This document shows, piece after piece, positions 19,201 to 28,155 of a stretch of 64,000 bases of DNA. A program made the position numbers and the translations under genes. The stretch is from positions 1 through 64,000 of the IMG/VR virus record IMGVR_UViG_3300025141_016305; one strand, written 5' to 3'. The first letter of the stretch is position 1, and each line of letters opens with the position of its first letter. Origin of the DNA: a virus. Below the pieces are notes generated by a model, which saw only the letters and a program-made list of their open reading frames with translations, was not told the DNA's origin and made no database searches.

Positions 19201-19657
19201 AAATCATTTTGAAGATGTTTTGCAAGCCAGTTTGATTCTGTGCTAGGAGAATAAGGTGGCGCCGCCTGTTGAGAACAGACTTTATCTTCTTTTTTGATTC
19301 TTCGTTCTCCACTGTTGTGCCGGAGTTGTCTGCTTCATACTCAGACTTGTTCTTGGCGGCCGCTCTTATTTCTTCATATTCTTCTTTCCACTTTGCAACC
19401 GAAGGAATAAAATAAGCTTCAACTCCAAAGATTGGCTTGAAGTCGCGGGATTCTTTCTTCATCCTCTTTGCATGCAACACTTGGTACGCAAGGCCGTTGG
19501 CATTGCCATGATCTGTTAGTGCCATGGCATCAAGGCCATTGTCATATGCAAAATCCATGTGCTCTTGTGGGTAGCCAAGAGCGTCAAAGGGCGATCCCGC
19601 AACGGAATGTGCATGTAAGCCCACAAACGGAATAGAACTTTCTACTCTATTCTTCAA
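16226..19657 (-). CDS. dnaE: DNA polymerase III alpha subunit (family C)
   Basis: PHP motifs LHAHS and ALTDHG; RGSAAGS, PDIDYD, KFDILGL, FQEQ and YGFNKSHA. Confidence 0.96.
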   Translation of the reverse strand: MKNRVESSIPFVGLHAHSVAGSPFDALGYPQEHMDFAYDNGLDAMALTDHGNANGLAYQVLHAKRMKKESRDFKPIFGVEAYFIPSVAKWKEEYEEIRAAAKNKSEYEADNSGTTVENEESKKKIKSVLNRRRHLILLAQNQTGLQNIFKMISRSYSGDNFYRYPRVDYAMLKKHNEGVIGASACLGGVYAGNYWENRDTGPDMVLSAMRETTQKMQSIFGDRWYGELQWNNIPEQHELNQYIIQMHQEFGIELISTADSHYYNPGVWKDRELYKRLGWLGKGRPDYLSEELPISVEEIGYELYPKNGDQMWESYKKYSAESGVEYDDEVVLASIARTYKIAHERIDSFLPDNTVRLPDFVVPEGSTAGQTLSALCVEGLRSLNLQNNKEYVERLKYEVSVIEDRGFSKYFLTMKSIADVAVDRQLVGAGRGSAAGSLVAYVLNITQVDPIKYRLQFERFLTKGGSGYPDIDYDVSDPMTLKEELIEEWGDNSVVPITNWNTLQLRSLVKDISKFYGIEFTEVNNVTSKMVYEATPLAKKRHGITAGVYAPTFEELMEFSESLQNFLKKYPHIKTHVEKLYGQTRSASRHAGGVVVGENLDEWMPLINSGGVRQTPWSEGQNVRHLEPMGFIKFDILGLASLRMLEGAIERILKRHHGIESPTFQDIKDYYEENLHPEKIDLNDKQVWENIFHEGKWAGIFQFTEAGAQSFCKRARPDNIIDLAAITSIYRPGPLSAGVDKIYVNAKHNPEDVEYLNEVIREVTGETYGFLIFQEQIAMLAHKLGKNLTLDEGNKLRKLLTKKGTGEVQEQKDEIWSKFKDGCIEKGMQPWQAKELWEKFEYFSGYGFNKSHAVSYCVLSYQCAYLLNYYPAEWLAAFLDKEPETRKERAISTAKSMGYKVEPLNVNTSGTVWDISEDDKTLVQPLTSIKGLGAVAIQQIIAHRPFNTIEEFLFHPEVKYSKLNKKALDALCRGQALNDLVDDRFTGLKHFWSACVVDRPRKEKNLIENIETYAPEGDFTEEEKLEYLVSLTGVFPISAVVTPRVRQKLDELYIPPISEFDPELGVTWFIPREYKLKKSKNGKNFYVVKVIDDNNETNVIRCWGVDPDRDIVHINRPYMARLNHNQQWGFSTFSMRRMFKLLA

Positions 19658-20504
19658 TATCTAATCCTCCTGAGAACATATATGGTCTCATAAATTGTTT
19701 TGTTGGTCTAGGTATCTTGAGATCCGACGCATAATATTCTCTCAAACTCTCCCAAGAATCAAGAGTATAATATTCGTCGATCTCTATAACCTTGTCTATT
19801 GATAATACATCAATATTGAATATTTTGTCAAGTGTAAAATGACGACTTGACCATCTTTTTTGTGCTGGAATTTCTCGGCTTCCACCTGTGCATTGTTCTT
19901 TTGTATGCCATTTAAATTTTGGCCAATCTTCGGGGAAAAAAGTAAAACTCAAATACTTGTTGTCTCGAACTGTTTGCCCTTTGTAAGATGTATAAAAGGA
20001 ATTAGGGCCGCGAATCGCGGCACGGTTCTTGGCCACAAATCTTGGACAATAAATCCCATAAGGGAAGGATACGAAATACTTTGATGGTACAACCCATTTG
20101 CTAAGCTTGTCCGACATAATAAACGAGGTTAGTGATCCATGTAAAACCGACCAACCCAAACTATCTCTTCGATCTCGATCTTTTTGTGAAATTGGCGTAT
20201 AAAATATTGGTGTCCACTTTTCATGGTAGTCCTTCCTTTTTACGAAATCTTTTATCTCAAAATATTTTGGGTTCATTACATAATCACCAATACGACTTTT
20301 AACTAGAGGTGCTACATCGTCGTTACAGACAATCCAAATACTATCGCATCCAGCGTATGCACATTCCCATACAGACCTCTCAACAGCCAGCATTCCCTCC
20401 CTTAGAGGTTGTAAGTAGTCTGGCCATGGAAAATCAAAAGTATTGTGGTGACCCGAAAGTGGAACAATGCCAGCCAGGTGTCTACCTTTTGGTGGGGGCT
20501 TCAT
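19647..20504 (-). CDS. Divergent sugar-nucleotidyltransferase-fold protein
   Basis: AGIVPLSG...P..LQP...AVERSV.ECAYAGCDSIWIV resembles the NTP_transferase N-terminus, but GxGxR and the conserved Lys are missing. Confidence 0.55.
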   Translation of the reverse strand: MKPPPKGRHLAGIVPLSGHHNTFDFPWPDYLQPLREGMLAVERSVWECAYAGCDSIWIVCNDDVAPLVKSRIGDYVMNPKYFEIKDFVKRKDYHEKWTPIFYTPISQKDRDRRDSLGWSVLHGSLTSFIMSDKLSKWVVPSKYFVSFPYGIYCPRFVAKNRAAIRGPNSFYTSYKGQTVRDNKYLSFTFFPEDWPKFKWHTKEQCTGGSREIPAQKRWSSRHFTLDKIFNIDVLSIDKVIEIDEYYTLDSWESLREYYASDLKIPRPTKQFMRPYMFSGGLDIEE

Positions 20505-21267
20505 TAATTATATCTTCCAGGGTCATGTCCAAAAACTTTACATTATCAGAATCTTGATAGACGCTATTATCCTTTTCGAAAACCAGACGCTTCACATGTT
20601 TAACAATTGGTTTTCTATATTTCGGGTTACCGTTTTTATAAAAATTCATGAATGCGCCATGGGCGCCGATTGCTTCCAGATGTCTTTCAATCACAAATCT
20701 AGCCATTGTGTCTGAGTACTCAAAGCTATAAAGCTGCTCTTTTGTTAAAAAGGATTCGGTGACACAATCACTTACAAAGGCACACCCATCAATTCTATCC
20801 GAAATATAAAAATGAGCTTGTCTAACAAAATTCTCGGCCGTCTCTAAACTAGGTAAGTGCTCTTTTTTGCCGCCCAATCTGGAAACCTCAAAATCATCTA
20901 AGACAAGATAAGAATCGGCTCTCGCTAACGATTCTAAATTTTCGTGTTTTATTCCTGTACTGTCAAAAATAATGCAACTTTCAAACTCATACTGAAATAT
21001 CTTTCCGGACTCAGATACTTTGATTTTATTTTCTTCTATCTTAAAAGTATCAAATTTATCGAAACTGCACCTTAAACCTAAAAGGCCCATCATAAAATTG
21101 AGCCTGTTCCAGGCTCCGGGCTCAGTCTTATGTCCTAAAATTGGAACTGATAATTTCCTATAAAACATCGGTGGTGAGCGCCTGATTGAAATGTAGTTAT
21201 ACTGATTTATAAATGCATATAGGATTGACTCTATCGTGCTACCTATTACTACATTCTTTAAAAGCAT
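20482..21267 (-). CDS. Hypothetical protein, possible degenerate Rossmann fold
   Basis: N-terminal NVVIGSTIESILYA beta-alpha unit. Confidence 0.5.
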   Translation of the reverse strand: MLLKNVVIGSTIESILYAFINQYNYISIRRSPPMFYRKLSVPILGHKTEPGAWNRLNFMMGLLGLRCSFDKFDTFKIEENKIKVSESGKIFQYEFESCIIFDSTGIKHENLESLARADSYLVLDDFEVSRLGGKKEHLPSLETAENFVRQAHFYISDRIDGCAFVSDCVTESFLTKEQLYSFEYSDTMARFVIERHLEAIGAHGAFMNFYKNGNPKYRKPIVKHVKRLVFEKDNSVYQDSDNVKFLDMTLEDIINEAPTKR

Positions 21268-23528
21268 ATGCCAATTTCATAATCATATCTATAAAATGCT
21301 GCCAGAGCTGTTAGTATATAATTCTGGGCTCTTGTTCGATTATACGCCTGCTCTTCACTTTCAGAGTTTGGACCCAGACAAGCTTCATCTATAATCGACA
21401 TAAGGTTTTCATACATCTGGTTTTGGTTCCAAGTCAGTTCAAATTGTCTACCTCCAGTTTGCACAGCCCAGTCTTCCCAAGTCCCGGGGTTATATGGCAT
21501 TATAAAAGTGTATAACTTAAACCTTGCTATACCAGTTAAAGAATCTGTTATTACATCCGGAGCTATCTCTGGATCTAACCACGATTGGTCTTCTTCATCG
21601 GTAAAGACAATTACAATTTTGTCTACATTTTGTCTCCAATTAATTTTGAAATTTTCTTTACTTGGTGTTGATGTCGTGTTCGAGCGCCAATTGGCATTTC
21701 CGACGTCAAAATTAGCATTTGGAGAAATATCCCTTATAGAAAAATACAGAGCATCCCTAAGCATTTCTTCACTCGTATCCATACCATCACTATTAAGAGC
21801 AGCAAAAGAACTAAGAAAGTCTTCAAAAGGAGAGATATCAGAAATTAAGTATAGTCGCTCCCTTTCCAGATCATCTTGTCGTGGGCCGACGACTAAGCCC
21901 CATTGTAACTTTCCTTGATCTTGAAAGTGGGCTGCGAATCTGTTTAGAGCTGATCGGACGGCTGCTATTTCTTCTGCCATTGAACCTGACCAATCAACAA
22001 TGAATAAGATATCTGTATCTTTAATTTCTTCGCCGTAGTCAGTCACTCCATCGCAATCATTATCGGCTCCATCGCAGACCTCCTGTGAAGGTATAATCTC
22101 ATCTTTGCAATAGTCTCTCCGAAACCTATCCCAGTTGTCGGTGTTTCCCCATTGACCTTGATTGCAAATCATACTTCCAGCTAAACACACTCCAACGTCC
22201 AAAGTTTCTTGTGGGCCGGTGTAACATGCCACCATCAATTCTTCATCTATCTCTTGGTCGCAATCTTCATCAAAGTTATTGCATATTTCATCCTGTATAA
22301 TCATACCAGTATACGGATCGCATTCCTGGTCTGTCAATATATCTAACTGTGTGCATAAAGCTAGACACTCAGACATTGTTAAATTGGTGCACTCCGGTGG
22401 ATCATTACACTGACAAGCTTTGAATCCCTGACCGCAAGTAAGTGGTGGCTCCGAGCAAGGAATCAACACCCCTACATCATCTACTGTGCAGTCACAATTA
22501 AGTCCTTCATCTATTAAGCCATCACAGTCTTGATCCACACCATCACAAGGATCAGTTTCATCTGCAGGTTGAGGAACAGTACAGGATATCCAACTACCCA
22601 CTGAACAGGTTTCGAATCCAACACCGCAGATAGTTTCGCATTCACGAATCAACTCTTCATCTATCTTTCCATCACAATCGTCATCGATCCCATTACATTC
22701 ATCGACAGGGACTGGGCCGCAGGTGTCACATTCATTTCGCTGACCTTCGTCTATTTTTGTATCGCAGTCATTGTCTTCATAATCACAAACTTCCTCTTGA
22801 GCGGGTGGGGCATCGCAATCAATGATCTGCCCTTCAATGCAAAAGCCCCAGCCCATCCCACAATCTAATTCGCACAAAAACCTTCCCTCATCAACATGGT
22901 CGTCGCAATCATTATCTTGACCATCACACATTTCATCCAAGCAAGGCTGACAAGGACCCTGGACAAGACTGCCCTTATTACAAACAACTCTTTGCATTCC
23001 AAAGCGGCCATCGCCAAGTTCGCAATCAAACCACTGAATTTGATTGATTTCAGTGTTTGGAGGACATTCAAATGCTAATTCGCATGGTTCCCTGTTAATA
23101 ATTTGCGGTGGTGGGCAACCCTCATCTATGCCAAATTCACAAGGCTGATTAGACTCATCGCAGATCGCCACAGTAACCCGAGTTCTATGAATTTGATTAT
23201 CTGGACGAGGAGGGCAATACCATTGCTGCTGCTCGCAGCATTGAGGATTGCACCTGCAGAAGAACTCGAAATCAGCAGGGCTTTCCTCTCCATCACATTC
23301 ACTGGTGAATCCGACTTCGCTTACCGGTGGCAGATCTGAGCCGCCAGGGGTAGCTGGAGTGGATTCATCGATCGGGACAGATCCGCCGGTGGGCTCCTCG
23401 TCTACAGGCGCTGTTGGCACCGATAAGGCTGGTTGTTCTTCTGGGGGTGGTGTCCCATACTCCGAAGATGGTGTTTTTTTATTGCATGATATGGCTGCAA
23501 TTGCGGCCAATAATACTGCATATCTCAT
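21258..23528 (-). CDS. Lipoprotein with six Cys/Asp (MopE-related metal-binding) repeats and a vWA domain
   Basis: Lipobox IAAISC; six C[D/N]xxDxDCDxxxD repeats; MIDAS DWSGS and VFTDE. Confidence 0.85.
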   Translation of the reverse strand: MRYAVLLAAIAAISCNKKTPSSEYGTPPPEEQPALSVPTAPVDEEPTGGSVPIDESTPATPGGSDLPPVSEVGFTSECDGEESPADFEFFCRCNPQCCEQQQWYCPPRPDNQIHRTRVTVAICDESNQPCEFGIDEGCPPPQIINREPCELAFECPPNTEINQIQWFDCELGDGRFGMQRVVCNKGSLVQGPCQPCLDEMCDGQDNDCDDHVDEGRFLCELDCGMGWGFCIEGQIIDCDAPPAQEEVCDYEDNDCDTKIDEGQRNECDTCGPVPVDECNGIDDDCDGKIDEELIRECETICGVGFETCSVGSWISCTVPQPADETDPCDGVDQDCDGLIDEGLNCDCTVDDVGVLIPCSEPPLTCGQGFKACQCNDPPECTNLTMSECLALCTQLDILTDQECDPYTGMIIQDEICNNFDEDCDQEIDEELMVACYTGPQETLDVGVCLAGSMICNQGQWGNTDNWDRFRRDYCKDEIIPSQEVCDGADNDCDGVTDYGEEIKDTDILFIVDWSGSMAEEIAAVRSALNRFAAHFQDQGKLQWGLVVGPRQDDLERERLYLISDISPFEDFLSSFAALNSDGMDTSEEMLRDALYFSIRDISPNANFDVGNANWRSNTTSTPSKENFKINWRQNVDKIVIVFTDEEDQSWLDPEIAPDVITDSLTGIARFKLYTFIMPYNPGTWEDWAVQTGGRQFELTWNQNQMYENLMSIIDEACLGPNSESEEQAYNRTRAQNYILTALAAFYRYDYEIGICF

Positions 23529-23530
23529 TT

Positions 23531-24238
23531 CTACTCCATGTGTGTCTTTTTATATGCCTCCACTGAATGTGGAAAATGTTGCTCTGCTATCTTTAAACAG
23601 GCGGCAGCGACCTGTTGAATCTCCCACTGGGCTCCTTCATGAAGGCGAAGAGAAACAAATTTAAGCAGATTGTGTAAGTTAACTGTTCCGTAATACTGAG
23701 TGTAAAGATTTTGAGGTAATACCCCTCTTGCTTGCTCTCTACAGACTCCTGCATCTAACAGCTTTTCAAAAAGGCTGACAGAAGAACGATGATGATTTTC
23801 TACTGCGCGATTGGCTAAATATGGCGGAGTGGGCCATGGCTTATCAAGAGTATGGTTGATATCTGGATTGACCAGTTCGTCATTGCTCGCCTGGCGATTG
23901 GATTTATGTTGCGTCCTAAATTGTTTTGGCTCGTAAAACCTCAAATCTACATCCGTATATCTTCTACTTATCTCGTTATATGCCCAAGTCCTATGTCTAT
24001 GATGCTGAGACCTTATAAAAAGAGGAACAGTAAAACGCATTGTAACAGCGCAGTGTTCAAAAGGACTAGTATGATTATGAGACATAAGATACTTGATGAG
24101 TTTGATGTCTTTTTCATCTACTGTTTCTTTTTCTACACCGAATGATACACGAGCGGCATTAACCACAGATAGGTCATCGCCCATATGAGATATATATTCG
24201 ACTGCACCGTAATTGTCGTTAAATAAGTCAATCCTCAT
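23531..24238 (-). CDS. thyX: Flavin-dependent thymidylate synthase
   Basis: AARVS, HTSPFEH, RHRTWAYNEISRRY, EQARGVLP and AQWEI. Confidence 0.95.
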   Translation of the reverse strand: MRIDLFNDNYGAVEYISHMGDDLSVVNAARVSFGVEKETVDEKDIKLIKYLMSHNHTSPFEHCAVTMRFTVPLFIRSQHHRHRTWAYNEISRRYTDVDLRFYEPKQFRTQHKSNRQASNDELVNPDINHTLDKPWPTPPYLANRAVENHHRSSVSLFEKLLDAGVCREQARGVLPQNLYTQYYGTVNLHNLLKFVSLRLHEGAQWEIQQVAAACLKIAEQHFPHSVEAYKKTHME

Positions 24239-24551
24239 CTAGTCCTCTAAGAATCCCAATAACGTAGTTTTCTAGAATAACATAATGTGTTTTATCTTTT
24301 AAAGAAACTTCTTCAATCATGGTCCTGTCAATGACTATAGTCTTCTCTTCATGCCCCAGGCGGCGGATTCTCTGAAAGTCAGCTGCACAGTCAGCTGCAA
24401 CATCTACGACTGTCGCAGAAATATATCTATCTTCATCATGTTTGAAATCCTCTGGTAGCAAGACTCCGGAGTTTGTTTCATTTTTGCTGATATGCGGAAC
24501 AATGACCAGGTGTCGATTAACCGGTTTAAGTCGCTGAATCAAAGGTGCCAT
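24228..24551 (-). CDS. groES: GroES-like co-chaperonin
   Basis: LKPVNRHLVI..ETNSGVLLP...ATVVDV...VILENYVIGIL. Confidence 0.75.
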   Translation of the reverse strand: MAPLIQRLKPVNRHLVIVPHISKNETNSGVLLPEDFKHDEDRYISATVVDVAADCAADFQRIRRLGHEEKTIVIDRTMIEEVSLKDKTHYVILENYVIGILRGLDED

Positions 24552-24820
24552 CACGGCATCCTCCTGACGGCGCGCTGGCACTTATCAACATAATCCGTTA
24601 ATACTTCCATATCTGTCTCCGACTCATAAAGCCTATAGGCCTTTACAGCTAATCTCATTTCTTCCTTGGTGAGCCAGCCATTCTCATTATACGACTCTCT
24701 CAAATCTTTTCTCTGTTCCTTGAAAGGTTCCATGGCATCTTCAATAGCCACGAATGTTTTAATATAGTTGGAAAGATGCTCTTCCTTGCTCAAAAGTTTA
24801 TCATCATTGTTAGAACTCAT
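24551..24820 (-). CDS. Small DNA-binding protein (GapR/T4 DsbA-like)
   Basis: 89 aa; helical pattern L..YIK....IE......EQRKDLRESY...G....M..AVK. Confidence 0.5.
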   Translation of the reverse strand: MSSNNDDKLLSKEEHLSNYIKTFVAIEDAMEPFKEQRKDLRESYNENGWLTKEEMRLAVKAYRLYESETDMEVLTDYVDKCQRAVRRMP

Positions 24821-24845
24821 TTTTTCTCCTTTACGTTCTTTTAAT

Positions 24846-24874
24846 ATAGTATGATATTTTACATGGTTTGTCAA
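24846..24874 (-). promoter_or_regulatory. Sigma70-type promoter
   Basis: TTGACA-N17-TACTAT. Confidence 0.7.
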
Positions 24875-24880
24875 GCTGTT

Positions 24881-26743
24881 TTAAACAAATTTTACTTCGC
24901 AAACTCCGCCGGCACAAGCAACTTCGCCTTGCAAATCGGTGTTGTCCTCGTCTTCTCTAACATTTGAGAGATCAACACTAGAAAGACTGGTCATCATTGC
25001 TTCGTACTTTTCTCTGGAGCACTCTTCAAATGGGGCTTGCGTATATGTACCTCCGTCATGCGGTAGAACAGAGAGTCCGTTATAACTACTTCTGTTCTCC
25101 CACATCCAGTCTCCGACGTCAGCCCACTCAGCGTCCTTTATGGACACTGTTGCTGAAATATTGTGAGTGTTTTGCCCCTTTCTAAATCCGGGCTTTACCC
25201 ACAAGTCTGTTACGTTTTTTACCCTCTTGAGAAGCTGAAGGGCTGATTCGGTTCTGGTAATGGATCCATCTGGAGCCTTTTGTGGAACTGAAATGACCGC
25301 AGTATCGTGAGGACTAAAGAATTCGTCTTCAACCAGTTCTGGGTGGCTATTTTTAAGATACGAATAAATCGGCTCATTTTTTCCAACTCTTATTCTTCTA
25401 ATATAGTATTCTGAGTGCCACGCGTGGATGCCTGAAGACGTCCCGAGTGTTAGGCTTGTGGTCCCGGCTGGCTTTACACAGGTGGTTCTAGCTGCCTTAT
25501 TAATTCCTATAAGTTCTGCGACTCTTTCATTTTCCCATTTTACTTGGGCGGCTGCGGCGCGAATATCAAGTTCCAGAACCTTGCCTGACGCGATGCCGGT
25601 CATAGACACTCCGATTAGTGCATCCTTTTCTGTCGTCCTTCTCCAGATGTCGCGGAGATAATGAAAATCAGTATAGCTAGCCTGTAGAGTGCCAATAAAG
25701 GCTGCGGCGCGGACACGATTTTCAAGGTCGTCTTGATTTTCAACATTAGAGACATTTACTTCCGTCAAATTGCAGAATTGATATGGGCGGAGGCCTATCT
25801 CGCAACAAGGGTTAGTTCCCCAATCTTTGTCATTAGAAAAGTAGAACCCGGGTTCTCCCGCCTTCGAAGCTTCAACCCTATTCCAGAGGCCCATAAAATA
25901 TTCTCTGTCAATTTTGTGTCTGAGTAGGACAACTGAGTTATTCGCTCTGCCTCTTTGCGGGTTTGACTCCCACCAGTTTCCAGTCTTTGCGGACAACATC
26001 TCTTGGTCATCGGCGGAAAAAAGAGAAATCAGAGCTGCTCTTCGAATGCCACCTGCAAGTACAGCATCAGCAATATGACAAATCATATCATGGACTTCAA
26101 TTGGCCTCAATTTGTCCCCGTCCTCCTTTGAAGAAAGCATACCCTCCAACTTAACCAAGCACTCTCGAAGAGGCTGTGGTCCAGGAGCTTTTCCTCCCGA
26201 TGTAATCAGAGAAGAACCCTTCGGGCGAACGTCAGAATAATCAAACCTAAGTCTCGAACCTCCATTGAAATAAGATCTCATGAGTGCTTTCACTGCGTCT
26301 GCCCAGCCCTCAATGGAATCTCCGATTAAAAACCTTCTAGTTCTCTTTGCGTTTGGTTTTCTAATTTCTGGCAGATTCTCAACATGATGACTCTGAATAC
26401 TATAGCCAACTCCCGTGCCCCCTAGAAGCAAAAACATGGCCTCGCTGAAAGACCTCCAATCATCGATAGGCATAAACGCACAATTAAAAATGCGATTTGG
26501 AGCTACTTCAATGGGCTTACCACCAAATTGCATAGAACGCATTGAAGGGAGAACTTTCTTATCAAATACATGCTTATATGCCCTTACTATCTGAATCTCT
26601 AATTCGGGAAACTTCTTAAGGTGCATATTCATATTTCTTGCCACTAATTCGTTCCATGTTTCCCTTCTCTTCTTATCTTCCAAGTACCTCGCGTACTTCA
26701 TGTGCACAGTTATTTCAGATAGTATTTGATTTGATATCTCCAT
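24881..26743 (-). CDS. nrdJ: Class II (B12-dependent) ribonucleotide reductase
   Basis: RRETW, FNCAF, GGTGVG, GGIRRAA, TNPCCEI, CNLTEV, KPAGT and C-terminal CAGGVC. Confidence 0.92.
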   Translation of the reverse strand: MEISNQILSEITVHMKYARYLEDKKRRETWNELVARNMNMHLKKFPELEIQIVRAYKHVFDKKVLPSMRSMQFGGKPIEVAPNRIFNCAFMPIDDWRSFSEAMFLLLGGTGVGYSIQSHHVENLPEIRKPNAKRTRRFLIGDSIEGWADAVKALMRSYFNGGSRLRFDYSDVRPKGSSLITSGGKAPGPQPLRECLVKLEGMLSSKEDGDKLRPIEVHDMICHIADAVLAGGIRRAALISLFSADDQEMLSAKTGNWWESNPQRGRANNSVVLLRHKIDREYFMGLWNRVEASKAGEPGFYFSNDKDWGTNPCCEIGLRPYQFCNLTEVNVSNVENQDDLENRVRAAAFIGTLQASYTDFHYLRDIWRRTTEKDALIGVSMTGIASGKVLELDIRAAAAQVKWENERVAELIGINKAARTTCVKPAGTTSLTLGTSSGIHAWHSEYYIRRIRVGKNEPIYSYLKNSHPELVEDEFFSPHDTAVISVPQKAPDGSITRTESALQLLKRVKNVTDLWVKPGFRKGQNTHNISATVSIKDAEWADVGDWMWENRSSYNGLSVLPHDGGTYTQAPFEECSREKYEAMMTSLSSVDLSNVREDEDNTDLQGEVACAGGVCEVKFV

Positions 26744-28118
26744 TTTTCTTTCCTCCTTCTTTCTTGAATGCTTGATACTTCTCTTTAAGATTTGACAATC
26801 TCTCGGCAGAAGATCTCTGAATTATATCATTGACACTTTCATTGCTTTTGTTCAGCACCTTTATTTTCACATTACTCGTATCCATAAAAATAGGATATAC
26901 GAGCCCATCAGGACCATTCCTGTTCTTCGCTATAAAAATACGCCCAGTATTTGTATTCTTATCCTCAACCGTCCTAGAAACAGTGAAGATAAAATCTGCG
27001 ACAAAGCATTTGTTAAATGCTTCCGAGATTGATTCCATTGTAATGACCTCAGCATTCAACCCCGAACGGTTTGTCTGTGAAGCCGTCCAAACAGGACATT
27101 CGCATATTTGAGCAAGACCTCTAAGCTCCTCATAAATAGTCTCCAACTGATGCCTTTTTTCGTCTTTTCTGGAGTTTTCTGGCTTTATCAGATCTCCGTA
27201 ATCAACGATGATCACGTCCGGATTAAATTCTCTTCTTCGTAACTTATCGATATGATTCTTAATTGTCTGTATTGAGGCTGATCTAGTTGGGTATTCTTTG
27301 ACTATTAATTTTCCTTCGATATCTTTTACTTCATCGTAAATTTTTTCTTTGAAGACAGTTAAGTTCTTAAGCTCCACGCCAGTAATCGCAGAATCGTAAC
27401 GACCTGCAACGACAGTATCTGCAAGCTCCAGCGTATAATGCAATACATTTTTTCCTGCTTTGAGAGCTTGGGCGCCCAGATGTACCAGGACCATAGACTT
27501 GCCGGCGCCAGTAGGAGCAACAACGACCCCAAGCTCTCCTTTGCCTAGGCCACCCTTGACAATGTCGTCTATATCAGCCCAACCAGTTGTGATTGGTCCG
27601 CGGTGTTTCTTGATAAAACGCTTCTCAAAATCAGCGATATAGTCGTAGCCTAAAGTATTGTCTGATCCTAACTTTAATGCATTATCAATAACCTTTGAAA
27701 CCTCATCATACGAAGAGGATTTTATAAGATCAACAGACTTAATCAGAGCTTCTTTGAGCTTTTGCTTTTTACAAAAATCAAGCGCTGTATCTTTAATATA
27801 TTCCGAAGAACTCGGAATTTCACCTTTGGCCAAAACTCTGGCATAGTATTCCCTGATCCTGACCTTGACTGATTCTGCTTCTCCATCCAAACCTGTTCGT
27901 ATGATGGAATGCATAATATTAGATGTGGGATGGACTCCATATTTCTCTCTATATCTCCTAATCCTCTCGACAAAAACCCGAAGATGTTTGAGTTCTAAAA
28001 AATTAAGGTCTAGAACTTCAAACATCTGATCCGCAAAAGGCCGATCGTTCAATATCAAATGGCACAAATCTTCTTGGAAAGACTTTCCAAACTTGGAAAA
28101 ATTAGTCTCATGTTCCAT
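26715..28118 (-). CDS. Replicative DnaB-like helicase (T4 gp41-like)
   Basis: Walker A APTGAGKS, TLE, IVDY, TASQTNR and KNRNG. Confidence 0.93.
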   Translation of the reverse strand: MEHETNFSKFGKSFQEDLCHLILNDRPFADQMFEVLDLNFLELKHLRVFVERIRRYREKYGVHPTSNIMHSIIRTGLDGEAESVKVRIREYYARVLAKGEIPSSSEYIKDTALDFCKKQKLKEALIKSVDLIKSSSYDEVSKVIDNALKLGSDNTLGYDYIADFEKRFIKKHRGPITTGWADIDDIVKGGLGKGELGVVVAPTGAGKSMVLVHLGAQALKAGKNVLHYTLELADTVVAGRYDSAITGVELKNLTVFKEKIYDEVKDIEGKLIVKEYPTRSASIQTIKNHIDKLRRREFNPDVIIVDYGDLIKPENSRKDEKRHQLETIYEELRGLAQICECPVWTASQTNRSGLNAEVITMESISEAFNKCFVADFIFTVSRTVEDKNTNTGRIFIAKNRNGPDGLVYPIFMDTSNVKIKVLNKSNESVNDIIQRSSAERLSNLKEKYQAFKKEGGKKNGDIKSNTI

Positions 28119-28155
28119 ATTTATCCTTTCGCGTATTTAAATAGTCTATCAGATT

